Below are positions 25,992 to 36,100 of a stretch of 64,000 nt of DNA, one piece after another (the stretch's first letter is position 1; each line of letters begins with the position of its first letter). Location: IMG/VR virus record IMGVR_UViG_3300045988_149609, one strand, 5' to 3'. The position numbers and the translations under genes are program-made. The stretch is from a virus. The notes below the pieces were generated by a model. The model did not search any database. It worked only from the letters and a program-made list of their open reading frames with translations, and had not been told where the DNA came from.

Positions 25992-26999
25992 ATGGAAGAG
26001 TTACTTAATGAAATGAATGTAGATTTATCTTCAATTCCTATGAAAGAAGTATTAAAAGGAAATAAATCTACAACAAAGAAAAAAGAAAAAACAATAACTA
26101 CTAAAAAAGTAGTAGAAGATACTGATGATGATCAATTAATTAATTGTCTTAGAAACGAAAGAGTTGTTGTAAGACATATTAATAAAAACAGAATGGGTAT
26201 TACAAATCCTAAACATATAATGTATGGAGGTATGTTGGAAAATGCTACTAAAGTATATACAGTACCTAAACTTAAATCAGGTGGATTTGTGAATGTTCTT
26301 ACTAATGAAGAAAAAGATTTTCTTGAAGATGTTATGGGATTAGAACATAATGCTTTATCTGTTTATAAAAGAGAAAATAACTTTTGGAGTGATGCTAATG
26401 AAGAAGGTATTTCAAGAGTTTTTCTAAAAAAGTCTGATAATATACTTGATCTTTCTAAACCATCAGATTATATTAAATATAAAATTCTATTGGCAAATAA
26501 AGACTTTATTTGTCCCGATTTGAAAACATTGAGAGAAGCTCCTTTAGTATCTTATGAATATGTAATTGTAACTAAAAATGCTGATGTTACAGAAGATAAG
26601 AATAAGATGTCTAATATTATGAAAGCTTATAGATTGTTTGGTACTATTGAAAATGATGATGATAAATTAAAGACTATAGTAGAATTATTGACAGGTAGAC
26701 CTGTTGCAATAAATACAAAGTCAGATTTCCTTAAAGTACAAATCAATAAGTATATCCAAGAATCTACAAAAGAGTTTCTTAATATTGTTGAAGATAAATA
26801 TCTTGATGCAAAGATTCTTGTTAAGAAGGCAGTAGAAAATGGCATTGTTTCTAAACGAGGTAATTACTATTATTATCGAATTGATAATACACCTTTATGT
26901 GAAGCTAATCAAGAACCAACACTTGATATTGCTGCTAAATTTATAATGTCACCTAAGCATCAAGAACTTAAAATGTCAATAGAAGCTCAACTTAATTAA
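25992..26999 (+). CDS. Hypothetical virion protein (~335 aa)
   Basis: The ORF-track start at 25956 lies inside the terminator hairpin, so it is moved to ATG 25992 (MEELLNEM…). Confidence 0.4.
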   Translation: MEELLNEMNVDLSSIPMKEVLKGNKSTTKKKEKTITTKKVVEDTDDDQLINCLRNERVVVRHINKNRMGITNPKHIMYGGMLENATKVYTVPKLKSGGFVNVLTNEEKDFLEDVMGLEHNALSVYKRENNFWSDANEEGISRVFLKKSDNILDLSKPSDYIKYKILLANKDFICPDLKTLREAPLVSYEYVIVTKNADVTEDKNKMSNIMKAYRLFGTIENDDDKLKTIVELLTGRPVAINTKSDFLKVQINKYIQESTKEFLNIVEDKYLDAKILVKKAVENGIVSKRGNYYYYRIDNTPLCEANQEPTLDIAAKFIMSPKHQELKMSIEAQLN

Positions 27000-27045
27000 T
27001 AAAAACAATTCTTCATGAGATACATGAAGATATAAATTTTAAAAT

Positions 27046-28248
27046 ATGACTTGTGAAGAATTTTCAAATGAGTTTGACATACTATATAATAATGTAATGT
27101 CAAATAAAGCTCCTGGGTTAGATGAGTATGAAAAAAGTGTTTTTCTTACTAGGGCACAGGATGATATAGTTAAAAGATATTTTACTCCTAAGGGTAATAA
27201 AGATTTTGAAGGATTTGATAGTTCTTTAAAAAGAAATATGGATTTTAGTTCTCTTTATAGAAATTATATTATATATGCTAAAAATATAGCTTTTCAAAAA
27301 TTAAATAAAGAGAATGTAAAAACAAATTTTTTTAATAAAGTTAGTAACATAAAATTAAAAGCTACAAGTGAGTTTGAAATAACAAATAATTTAAAACAAG
27401 ATAAATCTTCTTATTGTATATATAATCGTTCAGGAATTAGTAAATGCTATTTTGCTCTTTGTGACAATGATTTAAAAAGTATTAGTGGGGCTTTAGATAT
27501 AATATTTAAAAATAAAAATTATCTTCCAATAGAATTTTCTTATTCTACTGAGGATGGTACTGCTTGGAATGCAATTTGTGAAAAACATAAAACTGAAATT
27601 GTAGCTTATATAGATTCTTTTTTTAATTCTTCAAATAATACATTTGAAATTAAAAATAGTGTTGCAGATAATATTAAAGATGTAATCAATATCTCTTTAT
27701 TATTTTCACAAGAAAATGATTCTGTATTCTTACCAATTAATGATCAATTATTAGTTGAAGATACAGTATTAAAGAAAGATAGATTACTACAAATATTACC
27801 TATTACTTCAGTAGAATATATAAGATTAATGAGTAAACCTTTTAAGCAACCACTTAAAAATCAAGCTTGGAAATTACAAGAACAATCAACAGATACTTCT
27901 TTATCTTATAAATTATTCTTTGGTAAAAATAATAACTTCAAAGAATATACTTTAAGATACCTTACTCATCCTAAACCTATTATTCTTACTAATTTAGGTA
28001 ATGAAGGTCTTAGTATTAATGGTTATATTGGAGCTAATGAAGATAATCAACTTGTTAAAGAGGATGCAACTACAGGTTATACTTGTCAATTAAATTCAGA
28101 ATTACATTATGAAATTTTACAAAGAGCTGTTGAATTAGCTAAAGCTGCTTATACAGGAGATTTATCTTCTACTGTACAAATAGGTAATATTAGTTCTACT
28201 AATGTAGGACAAGGTGTTGATCCACAACAAGTACAAAGAACTAGATAA
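27046..28248 (+). CDS. Virion protein, paralogue 1 of a tandem pair (400 aa)
   Basis: N-terminus MTCEEFSNEFDILYNN…DEYEKSVFLTRAQDDIV and C-terminus …HPKPIILTNLG…LHYEILQRAVELAKAA match the neighbouring gene. Confidence 0.45.
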   Translation: MTCEEFSNEFDILYNNVMSNKAPGLDEYEKSVFLTRAQDDIVKRYFTPKGNKDFEGFDSSLKRNMDFSSLYRNYIIYAKNIAFQKLNKENVKTNFFNKVSNIKLKATSEFEITNNLKQDKSSYCIYNRSGISKCYFALCDNDLKSISGALDIIFKNKNYLPIEFSYSTEDGTAWNAICEKHKTEIVAYIDSFFNSSNNTFEIKNSVADNIKDVINISLLFSQENDSVFLPINDQLLVEDTVLKKDRLLQILPITSVEYIRLMSKPFKQPLKNQAWKLQEQSTDTSLSYKLFFGKNNNFKEYTLRYLTHPKPIILTNLGNEGLSINGYIGANEDNQLVKEDATTGYTCQLNSELHYEILQRAVELAKAAYTGDLSSTVQIGNISSTNVGQGVDPQQVQRTR

Positions 28249-28253
28249 TAATT

Positions 28254-28988
28254 ATGACTACTTCAGAATTTAGTAATGAGTTTGATGTATTGATTAATGC
28301 TTATGCTAATAATAATGCTATTGGTGATAATTATGATAAAAATAATTTAGCTTTTGATGAATATGAAAAATCAATATTTTTAACTAAAGCTCAAGAAGAA
28401 ATTCTTTTATCATATTATAATGGTACAAATAGTAATCAAATTGGATTTGAAGCAACTGAAGAAATAAGAAGATATTTAAGTGATTTAAATACACATGTTA
28501 CTATTGATTCAACAGAAACTGATAATTCTATTAAAAAAGGAAGTTTAATATCTAATACAAAGATTTCAGATAAATGTTTTAAAATACCTGAAAATCTTTG
28601 GTTTATTACATTAGAAACATTAACTTTGCAATCAACAAATGAATGTTTAAATGGTAAACAACTTGAAGTAATTCCTATTACACAAGATGAATACAATAAT
28701 GTAATAAATAATCCTTTTAGAGGTATAACTAATAATCGTGCATTAAGATTAGATGTTGAAAAAGGACAGCTAGAAATTATATGTAAATATGATTCATACA
28801 CATATAGAATATATTATCTTTCTAGACCAACACCAATAATTTTAACTGACTTAGGAGATTTAAGTATAAATAATATATCAACTAAAACAGAATGTTCTAT
28901 TAATGAAAATTTACATAAAACTATATTAAATAGAGCTGTTCAATTAGCAATAGCTAGTAAAATAGGTTATAGAACATCACAACAATAA
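28254..28988 (+). CDS. Virion protein, paralogue 2 of the tandem pair (244 aa)
   Basis: MTTSEFSNEFDVLINA…DEYEKSIFLTKAQEEIL and …RPTPIILTDLG…LHKTILNRAVQLAIAS. Confidence 0.45.
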   Translation: MTTSEFSNEFDVLINAYANNNAIGDNYDKNNLAFDEYEKSIFLTKAQEEILLSYYNGTNSNQIGFEATEEIRRYLSDLNTHVTIDSTETDNSIKKGSLISNTKISDKCFKIPENLWFITLETLTLQSTNECLNGKQLEVIPITQDEYNNVINNPFRGITNNRALRLDVEKGQLEIICKYDSYTYRIYYLSRPTPIILTDLGDLSINNISTKTECSINENLHKTILNRAVQLAIASKIGYRTSQQ

Positions 28989-29031
28989 AGGTAGTTTTTA
29001 CTACTTATGTTTAATTTAATATTTTAATAAA

Positions 29032-30087
29032 ATGCAATTTTCGCAAAATCAAGTACAACAACTTTATGTTGTTAACAAATTGTCTGCAACACTTTCAGAT
29101 CCTGCAGCTAAAGGTGAAGCTGCTTTTCATGCAAAAGATAAAGAAGGTTATGTAGAATATAAAGGTGCTAAAGGTACCTATCGTACTGATATGGTGTTAG
29201 GCCCTCAAATTCTTAGTATTACTGTGACTTCTGGTAAAGCTAAATCACAAGTAAGACATCTTAAGCAATGGACAGTTAAAGTTAGTGATAATGCTATTGC
29301 TGCTATTGGCCAAGTTTGTATTCTTAGACTTTCATTTAGAAATTGGATTGGTATGAGTGATTTTGATACTTATACTAAAGATGTTGCAGTTAAGATTGTT
29401 AAAGGTATGACTAAAGAAGCTTTTTATACTCAGTTAGCAAAAGCTATTAGACAATCATTTGCAAGAGAATATGATAAAGTTATTACTGCTACATCTGATG
29501 CAACTTCAGTAATTATTAAAGAAGTTGGTACAGACCTTGATGAATGGCAAAGAGGTGTGAAGTCAGTAGCTCCTATTAATCTTACTGTTTCTGCTGATAT
29601 GATTACTGTTAGTGATGGTGTTGAGGAAACTTGGGTAGATACAACTGAAGCTAATGCTGATAATATTGATGCTGAAGCTTCAAATGAATTTGGTACTAAG
29701 ATTAAAGCTACGAATTCAGCTACTACTGTAGGTAATGCTAAAGCTATTGCAGATCTTGAATATTTCTGTGCTGGTAATAGAGGTGATATGTATCGTAATA
29801 TTGGTTGGCCTAATGTCATTCCTACTGAATATTTAATTACAAATACAGATAATGATACAGCTTATGATATTGTTAATGTACATTATTATTTTGTAGGTGC
29901 TGGTGTTCAATCAGCTAAATCTGAAAAAGATATGACTTTTGTATGTAAACATGATGCAGAGATTACTGTTGATTCTAAGAATCCTACTGCTTTATCAGGT
30001 ACATCTACTGCAGAAACACTTGCTAAAAAGTTTAAGGCTCTTACTGGTTTTAATGGTGAAGTAACTGTTGTTGCTGACAACAAGTAA
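29032..30087 (+). CDS. Abundant virion structural protein (351 aa) with MCP-like codon usage
   Basis: Rich in GGT/GCT/CTT codons like the MCP gene. A strong terminator follows. Confidence 0.4.
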   Translation: MQFSQNQVQQLYVVNKLSATLSDPAAKGEAAFHAKDKEGYVEYKGAKGTYRTDMVLGPQILSITVTSGKAKSQVRHLKQWTVKVSDNAIAAIGQVCILRLSFRNWIGMSDFDTYTKDVAVKIVKGMTKEAFYTQLAKAIRQSFAREYDKVITATSDATSVIIKEVGTDLDEWQRGVKSVAPINLTVSADMITVSDGVEETWVDTTEANADNIDAEASNEFGTKIKATNSATTVGNAKAIADLEYFCAGNRGDMYRNIGWPNVIPTEYLITNTDNDTAYDIVNVHYYFVGAGVQSAKSEKDMTFVCKHDAEITVDSKNPTALSGTSTAETLAKKFKALTGFNGEVTVVADNK

Positions 30088-30141
30088 GATTCACATATTT
30101 AATAAGGTATAGTCTACCTTAAAATATGACTATATATGAAA

Positions 30142-30169
30142 GGGAGGACATCATGTTCTCCCTCTTTTT
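30142..30169 (+). terminator. Intrinsic terminator
   Basis: Stem GGGAGGAC / GTTCTCCC with loop ATCAT, then TCTTTTTG. Confidence 0.6.
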
Positions 30170-30201
30170 GTTTAATTAATTAACTTATTTAATTTAAAGA
30201 T

Positions 30202-30774
30202 ATGTTAGAATTTACACTACTTGAAGTAAGTGATGATAATTCATGTATTCACATTAAAGCTAATGTTGTAGATGCTTCTTATACACAAGATGTTTATATT
30301 AATAAAATAGTGATTGTAACTAAAGACAATTATGATGCAATTAATATACCTGCTAAAGAAAAAGCAGTTTATTATGATAATACTTTAAATGTAAAGAAAT
30401 TAGATTTATCACTCACTTTAAATCAATTAATAGGTTTAAAATCATTAGAAAATCAATTATTATATGTATATGTATATACAGAAGATTTACCTACTGTAGA
30501 AGTTTTAAAATATCCTTGTGGTGCTGATAAAAATTTAATTGTAGGTGCTTTATTTAATTGGTATCCTCTTTATCAAAGAGGAATGAATAAATTCAAAGCT
30601 TTTAAGGATTCATGTAATGTGAATAAAGATTTTATTGATTTTATTTTATTGTTTAAATATTTGCAATTAGCAATTAAATGTAATGATATACCTACAATAA
30701 ATAATATTTGGGATAAGTTATTCTTAAATTCAAATACATTAACTTCTAATAAATGTAATTGTTATGCAATATGA
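30202..30774 (+). CDS. Hypothetical protein (190 aa)
   Basis: ORF only. Confidence 0.35.
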   Translation: MLEFTLLEVSDDNSCIHIKANVVDASYTQDVYINKIVIVTKDNYDAINIPAKEKAVYYDNTLNVKKLDLSLTLNQLIGLKSLENQLLYVYVYTEDLPTVEVLKYPCGADKNLIVGALFNWYPLYQRGMNKFKAFKDSCNVNKDFIDFILLFKYLQLAIKCNDIPTINNIWDKLFLNSNTLTSNKCNCYAI

Positions 30775-31102
30775 TGATCAACTTTATAATGCTTTAAGTT
30801 CTTATTATACAATTCTTAGTAATACAGGATATTATAATGAATCTGTAAATAATCTTTTAGTTGTAGATTTTATTAATACATTTATAGAAAATTGTTATTC
30901 TTTTATTACAGATGAAGATATACAATTAATAAATAGTATTATTCCTTGTTTAAATGATTGTTTATTACAAATACCTTTGCTTAATACTTCATTGAGAAAG
31001 TTAACAACTAAAGATGATATTATTACTTTAAATAAAGTAAGAAGGCATGAGATTAATGATTTAAAACTTACTGAAAAAATAGACTATAGAGAAACAGAAT
31101 AA
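30764..31102 (+). CDS. Hypothetical protein (112 aa)
   Basis: ORF only. Confidence 0.35.
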   Translation: MQYDDQLYNALSSYYTILSNTGYYNESVNNLLVVDFINTFIENCYSFITDEDIQLINSIIPCLNDCLLQIPLLNTSLRKLTTKDDIITLNKVRRHEINDLKLTEKIDYRETE

Positions 31103-31108
31103 TAATTT

Positions 31109-31156
31109 AAAACTCTTGTGTAAGATAATGATAATAATTATCTTTGCAAGAGTTTT
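31109..31156 (+). terminator. 10-bp inverted repeat AAAACTCTTG…CAAGAGTTTT (28-nt loop) enclosing a TATCTTTGca -7 box (31139-31146)
   Basis: Terminator-like hairpin with a promoter box in its loop, upstream of ATG 31181. Confidence 0.35.
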
Positions 31157-31180
31157 AATTATATATAAAGTATAAATTTA

Positions 31181-31912
31181 ATGGCAACAACATATAGAGA
31201 ACTTGCTTATTTTTGTTTAGATAATGCTAAGCTATCCTCTGATGATAGTTATTATACAGTAGATCATGTAATATTTTTAATAAATAAAATTAGAGCAGTT
31301 CTATTAGATCAAAGATATGCAAATGGAAAAAAAGAAATTCCAGATAGTAATTATCAAACCTTATGTTTAGATTTACAAGAAACTAATAAAATAGATAATG
31401 TTCCTTGTATAGGTAATATTCTTAAAAGTATACAAAAAATACCTGATGTGTTATTAGGTAATCCTTTAATATATCCTCAATCATATTTCACTAATAGTGA
31501 AATAACTTTTATAAATAAAGAAAGATTTAGATTTGTAGGACATAATAAATGGTTACAAAATATTATATACGCTACAGAATTTAATAATAATATTTATTTG
31601 ACTTCTGCAAATCCACAATATAAATATTTAAAAAAAATACAATTAAAAGGTATTTTTGAAGATCCTACTAAAGCTTTTGAATTAGAATGTAATAAAGATA
31701 ATAAAACTAATTGTGATATTTTAGAACAAGATGTTCCTCTAGAAGAAACATTAATGTCACCTCTTATTGAGTTAGTAGGTAAAGTATTAAAATCTAATCT
31801 TTATTTAGCTAAAGATGATATAAATAATGCTTCAGATGATCAATCACAATTAGCAACATTTATTGCAAAAAATGCTAAATCAGCTTTACAAAAACAAATA
31901 GATGGACAATAA
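31181..31912 (+). CDS. Hypothetical virion protein (243 aa)
   Basis: ORF only. Confidence 0.4.
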   Translation: MATTYRELAYFCLDNAKLSSDDSYYTVDHVIFLINKIRAVLLDQRYANGKKEIPDSNYQTLCLDLQETNKIDNVPCIGNILKSIQKIPDVLLGNPLIYPQSYFTNSEITFINKERFRFVGHNKWLQNIIYATEFNNNIYLTSANPQYKYLKKIQLKGIFEDPTKAFELECNKDNKTNCDILEQDVPLEETLMSPLIELVGKVLKSNLYLAKDDINNASDDQSQLATFIAKNAKSALQKQIDGQ

Positions 31913-32432
31913 AACATTATTAGCTGAAATACAAAAATTACATAGTACAAAAAAACATTATATAAAAAATTCATTTGGTATTAAATTAATTTTTCAAGAA
32001 CTAAGAAGAAGGAAATTTTATAATAAACTTACTGTTACAGATTCTCAATTTTATGCTATAATTAAAGAAGTTAACACTTTATTGGCTGAGCAATTATGTA
32101 AAGGATTAATTGTAAAATTACCATATGGCTTAGGTCAATTAGAAACTTTTAAAATTAATACTACTGTTAAATTTGAAAATAATAAACTTGTTACTAATAA
32201 ACCTGTTGATTGGAAAAAGACTCTTGATTTATGGCTATCAGATGAAGAATGTTATAGAAATAAAACTTTAATTAGAAGAGAAATAAAAGCTCTTATTAAA
32301 TTACATTGGAATAGAATCGGATGCAAATGTAAAAATATAAAATATTTTTCATTTAAACCTTCAAGAGAATTATGTTGTAAATTAGGAGCTTTATTTCAAA
32401 ATGGTTTATTAGATACATTTAATAAAGAATAA
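31902..32432 (+). CDS. Hypothetical virion protein (176 aa)
   Basis: ORF only. Confidence 0.4.
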   Translation: MDNKTLLAEIQKLHSTKKHYIKNSFGIKLIFQELRRRKFYNKLTVTDSQFYAIIKEVNTLLAEQLCKGLIVKLPYGLGQLETFKINTTVKFENNKLVTNKPVDWKKTLDLWLSDEECYRNKTLIRREIKALIKLHWNRIGCKCKNIKYFSFKPSRELCCKLGALFQNGLLDTFNKE

Positions 32433-32434
32433 AA

Positions 32435-33136
32435 ATGAATTATATATCAATAAGAGAAATATTTGATAATATTTTAGACAATCCATTACTTAAAGATATT
32501 TCTTTAGAAAGAGTAGTTAATTATGCTCAAAGATTTATTAGAAGAATTGGAATGCCTAAAGAATTTATTGAAAAGACTGAAACAATAAACATTGAAGATT
32601 GGAGAGGACAATTACCTTGTGATTATTATCAAATGATACAGGTAAGGTCTGCTTATACAAAAAATACAATAAATGAACATCCTATTTATTATAGGTATTC
32701 TACAGATAATTTTCATATGTCTAATCATAAAACAAATGAATTTAAAGATCCTACTTATAAAATTCAAGGTAAAATTATTTTTACTTCAACTAAAGAAACA
32801 CCTATTGAAATTGCTTATAGAGCAATAAAAGTAGATGAAGAAGGTTATCCTATGATTCCAGATAATAGTACATTTGCTGAAGCATTAGAAGCATATATTA
32901 AAGTAAAAGTTTATACTAATTTATTTGATCAAAATAAAATAAATAATGCAGTACTTCAAAATGCACAACAAGAATATTGTTGGGCAGTAGGTGCAGCACA
33001 AACTGAATTAGTAATGCCTTCTATTGATGAAATGGAATCTCTAGCTAATCTTTGGAATCAAATATTAATAAGAACTACAGAACATAAGCATGGCTTTAAA
33101 ACTGAAGGTACTAAAGAACATTGGAGGACTCATTAA
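32435..33136 (+). CDS. Hypothetical virion protein (233 aa)
   Basis: ORF only. Confidence 0.4.
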   Translation: MNYISIREIFDNILDNPLLKDISLERVVNYAQRFIRRIGMPKEFIEKTETINIEDWRGQLPCDYYQMIQVRSAYTKNTINEHPIYYRYSTDNFHMSNHKTNEFKDPTYKIQGKIIFTSTKETPIEIAYRAIKVDEEGYPMIPDNSTFAEALEAYIKVKVYTNLFDQNKINNAVLQNAQQEYCWAVGAAQTELVMPSIDEMESLANLWNQILIRTTEHKHGFKTEGTKEHWRTH

Positions 33137-36100
33137 TGCAAAAGAAAGAACAAAAATTTACACCAACAAAAATACAAACAGATATTAGTCCAACTAAGAT
33201 TAAATCTGATTCAGCAATAAAAATACATAATTTTAGAATTGATAATAATGGAGAAGATTCTTCTACTTTTGCTTTAACTTTAGAAAAAGAAAGTAAAAAA
33301 TATAATTATACTGGCCCTATTACAAGTGTATTTAAAGTAGAAGATAATATTGAAGTAAACATTAAATATATGTTTACTATTAATTCTGAAATAATTTGTA
33401 TTTTTTATACACAAGAAGAAAAGAATAAACCTGAAACATTAACTTCTTATATATCATTATTTACAGATGATTTTCAAACAAAAGTTAATGTTTATAGTGC
33501 TGTTTCTAATATATTTGGAGAAAACATTCAAGCTACTTTTGTATATGAAACAGATAAAATACAAAAAATATATTGGATAGATAATATAAATCAACCAAGA
33601 ATATTAAATATTTCTGATTTCATAAATAGTAATGGTACTTTAAATCAAAAGGCTATAGCATATAAAAATGGTATTTTAGATTTTATTCCTGAATTACCTA
33701 ATAAAACTGAATGTAAAATAACCAAATCTTATACAGGAGGTGAATGGGCTTGTGGATGTATTCAATATTTAATATCCTATTGTATTCCTTATGTAATTGA
33801 AAGTAATATTGCTTGGTATTCATCTTTATATTATATTACAAAAGATGGTAAAGGTCTTAATCCTGATGGTAAAATAAAATCTACAGAAACATTTTATTTA
33901 AAGATTACAAGTAATCTTAAAGATATCACACCTAATTATACACACGTTAAAGTTTATAGATTACAATATTCATCTTTAGATCAACCACAAATGTATGATT
34001 TAGGTTACTATAGATTAGATAATAGTAAAAGGTTAGATGGTAATTATGGCTTAATTATAAAAGATACAGGTATTATTAATGAAAAAGCAACACCTACTGA
34101 TGCTACATCATTTAAATTTAATAATCTATTTTATCCTATTCAAGCAAATTCTTTTCAAACAAAAGATAATCACTTCTTAGTAGGTGGATATACATTACAT
34201 GATAATTATTTAGAAGAAACAGAAAATAATAGTTTTAGTATTTCTAATAAAGAAAATGAAAATGAAAATTTAGATTTAAAAACTTTATTAGTAAAAAATG
34301 ATAATGAAACTACTCCCATAAATATTGAAAATACTACATTCTTTCATAAAAATGAAAGTTATAATTTAGGTGTACAATATATGAATAAATATGGAGTATG
34401 GTCTAATGTACAATCACCACAAAATGTAGTTATTGACAATAATACAACAAATGTAGAACTTACATTAAATAAAATTCCTGATGATCAAATTGCTTGTAGA
34501 GTTGTATGTTCATATAATACTGTAGATAAAAGAAATTTTATTGCTGAAGGAGCAATAAATAATAGTATACAAGATGGTGAAAATCCATCAATTTATCATA
34601 GTGATTATCTTCTTACGAACTTTGACTCATTTAAGTATGGAGCAGAAATGCTTTTAAATAGTGGAGGTGGTTTTAATGATAGAAACTCATATAATTTTTT
34701 CAGTAGAACTAATAGAGTATTAAGTTTCTTATCTCCTGAATTTAATAGCTCTATTAATGATTTAGATTGGGTTTTAAGTGGTGACTTATATTGTAAACAT
34801 ATAGCTAATCTAAAATGTGGTGATATTGATTATGGATTATTTATGGATATTAAAAATCCATTAGTTGCATTACCTACAGGTATAGATGATTTAGATAATG
34901 GTTATGTTTATAAAGGCACTTCTTACATACCATCTTTATCTATAATGTTACCTACTTATATGGGAGATACAAAAGTAAATATTCCTTTGTATAAAGACGG
35001 TAATAATAAATTCCATTATGCACAATATCCTATACCTATTTGGAAAGAAAAGAGATCTCTCAATAATGCATCAAATGTTTCTCCTATTAATCCTACTATT
35101 CAAGTAAATAGTAAACAAGATAATGATGTAAATCAAACTACAGCTACAGGTGAATATCAATATTTTTGTAAAAAGAAAATTATTAGTAGACTTTGTATTT
35201 TTAATAAAGAAAAGGTTAAAGATGGGCCATGGAAAACATTTAGTTCATCAAAATATATTAATGAAAATCAAACAAAACTTTTCAAGTTAAATAAAGACGC
35301 AAAAGAAAATAATATATTTTATAAAGCAAATCCTCAAACATTATTTACTAATAATGCTCAGATTACATTACAAGTATTTAAAAATATTTCATTTGTAGAT
35401 AATATTGATTCAACTATTATATCTTCATCTTTATTTGATTATGATAAAGAGATACCAAGTGTAACAGTAGATAATGCTGAAAATGCAAAAGAAAATGATT
35501 CTGCTAAAACGAGTATGTTATCAGGTACAATAAATGTAAACTACAAAAATGGTAGTCATTTATTGCTTTATAATGATTCAGATTTATACGATGATAAAGA
35601 ACCAAATAAAATAATAGAACCTAATTATAAAAGTTTATATGCAGCAACAATTCCTTTATTTGTACAATTAGTTTGGATGAGAGATGATAATAAAGCTGTA
35701 CATCTTTGTAATAGAAGAATTGGTTCTACTGAAAATAAAAATTCTTATTTAGCAGTAAGAGAAATTAGTGGTGATAACGATAAGATGTCTGTTTCTACTG
35801 AATTATTTTTCTTAAATCATAATACAGATGATAATGGTGTTTATAGTATACCAGAATTTCCTTTAGCTAATGCAGAATGGGTAAATGGTGGAGATAATGA
35901 TGAATGTAGATATCATTTAATAGGTTTTAATGAAACAGGTAAAACTAAAAGTAAACATTTAGGATTTGCTACAACTTGGCTTGGTTATACCTATAATAAT
36001 ATAAATAACATTTTTACTGGACATCATTTATTTAAAGATATACCAGGACGTAAATTTCATTTACAATTTCCTACTTCTGTTGATGAAAATGGAGAACATT

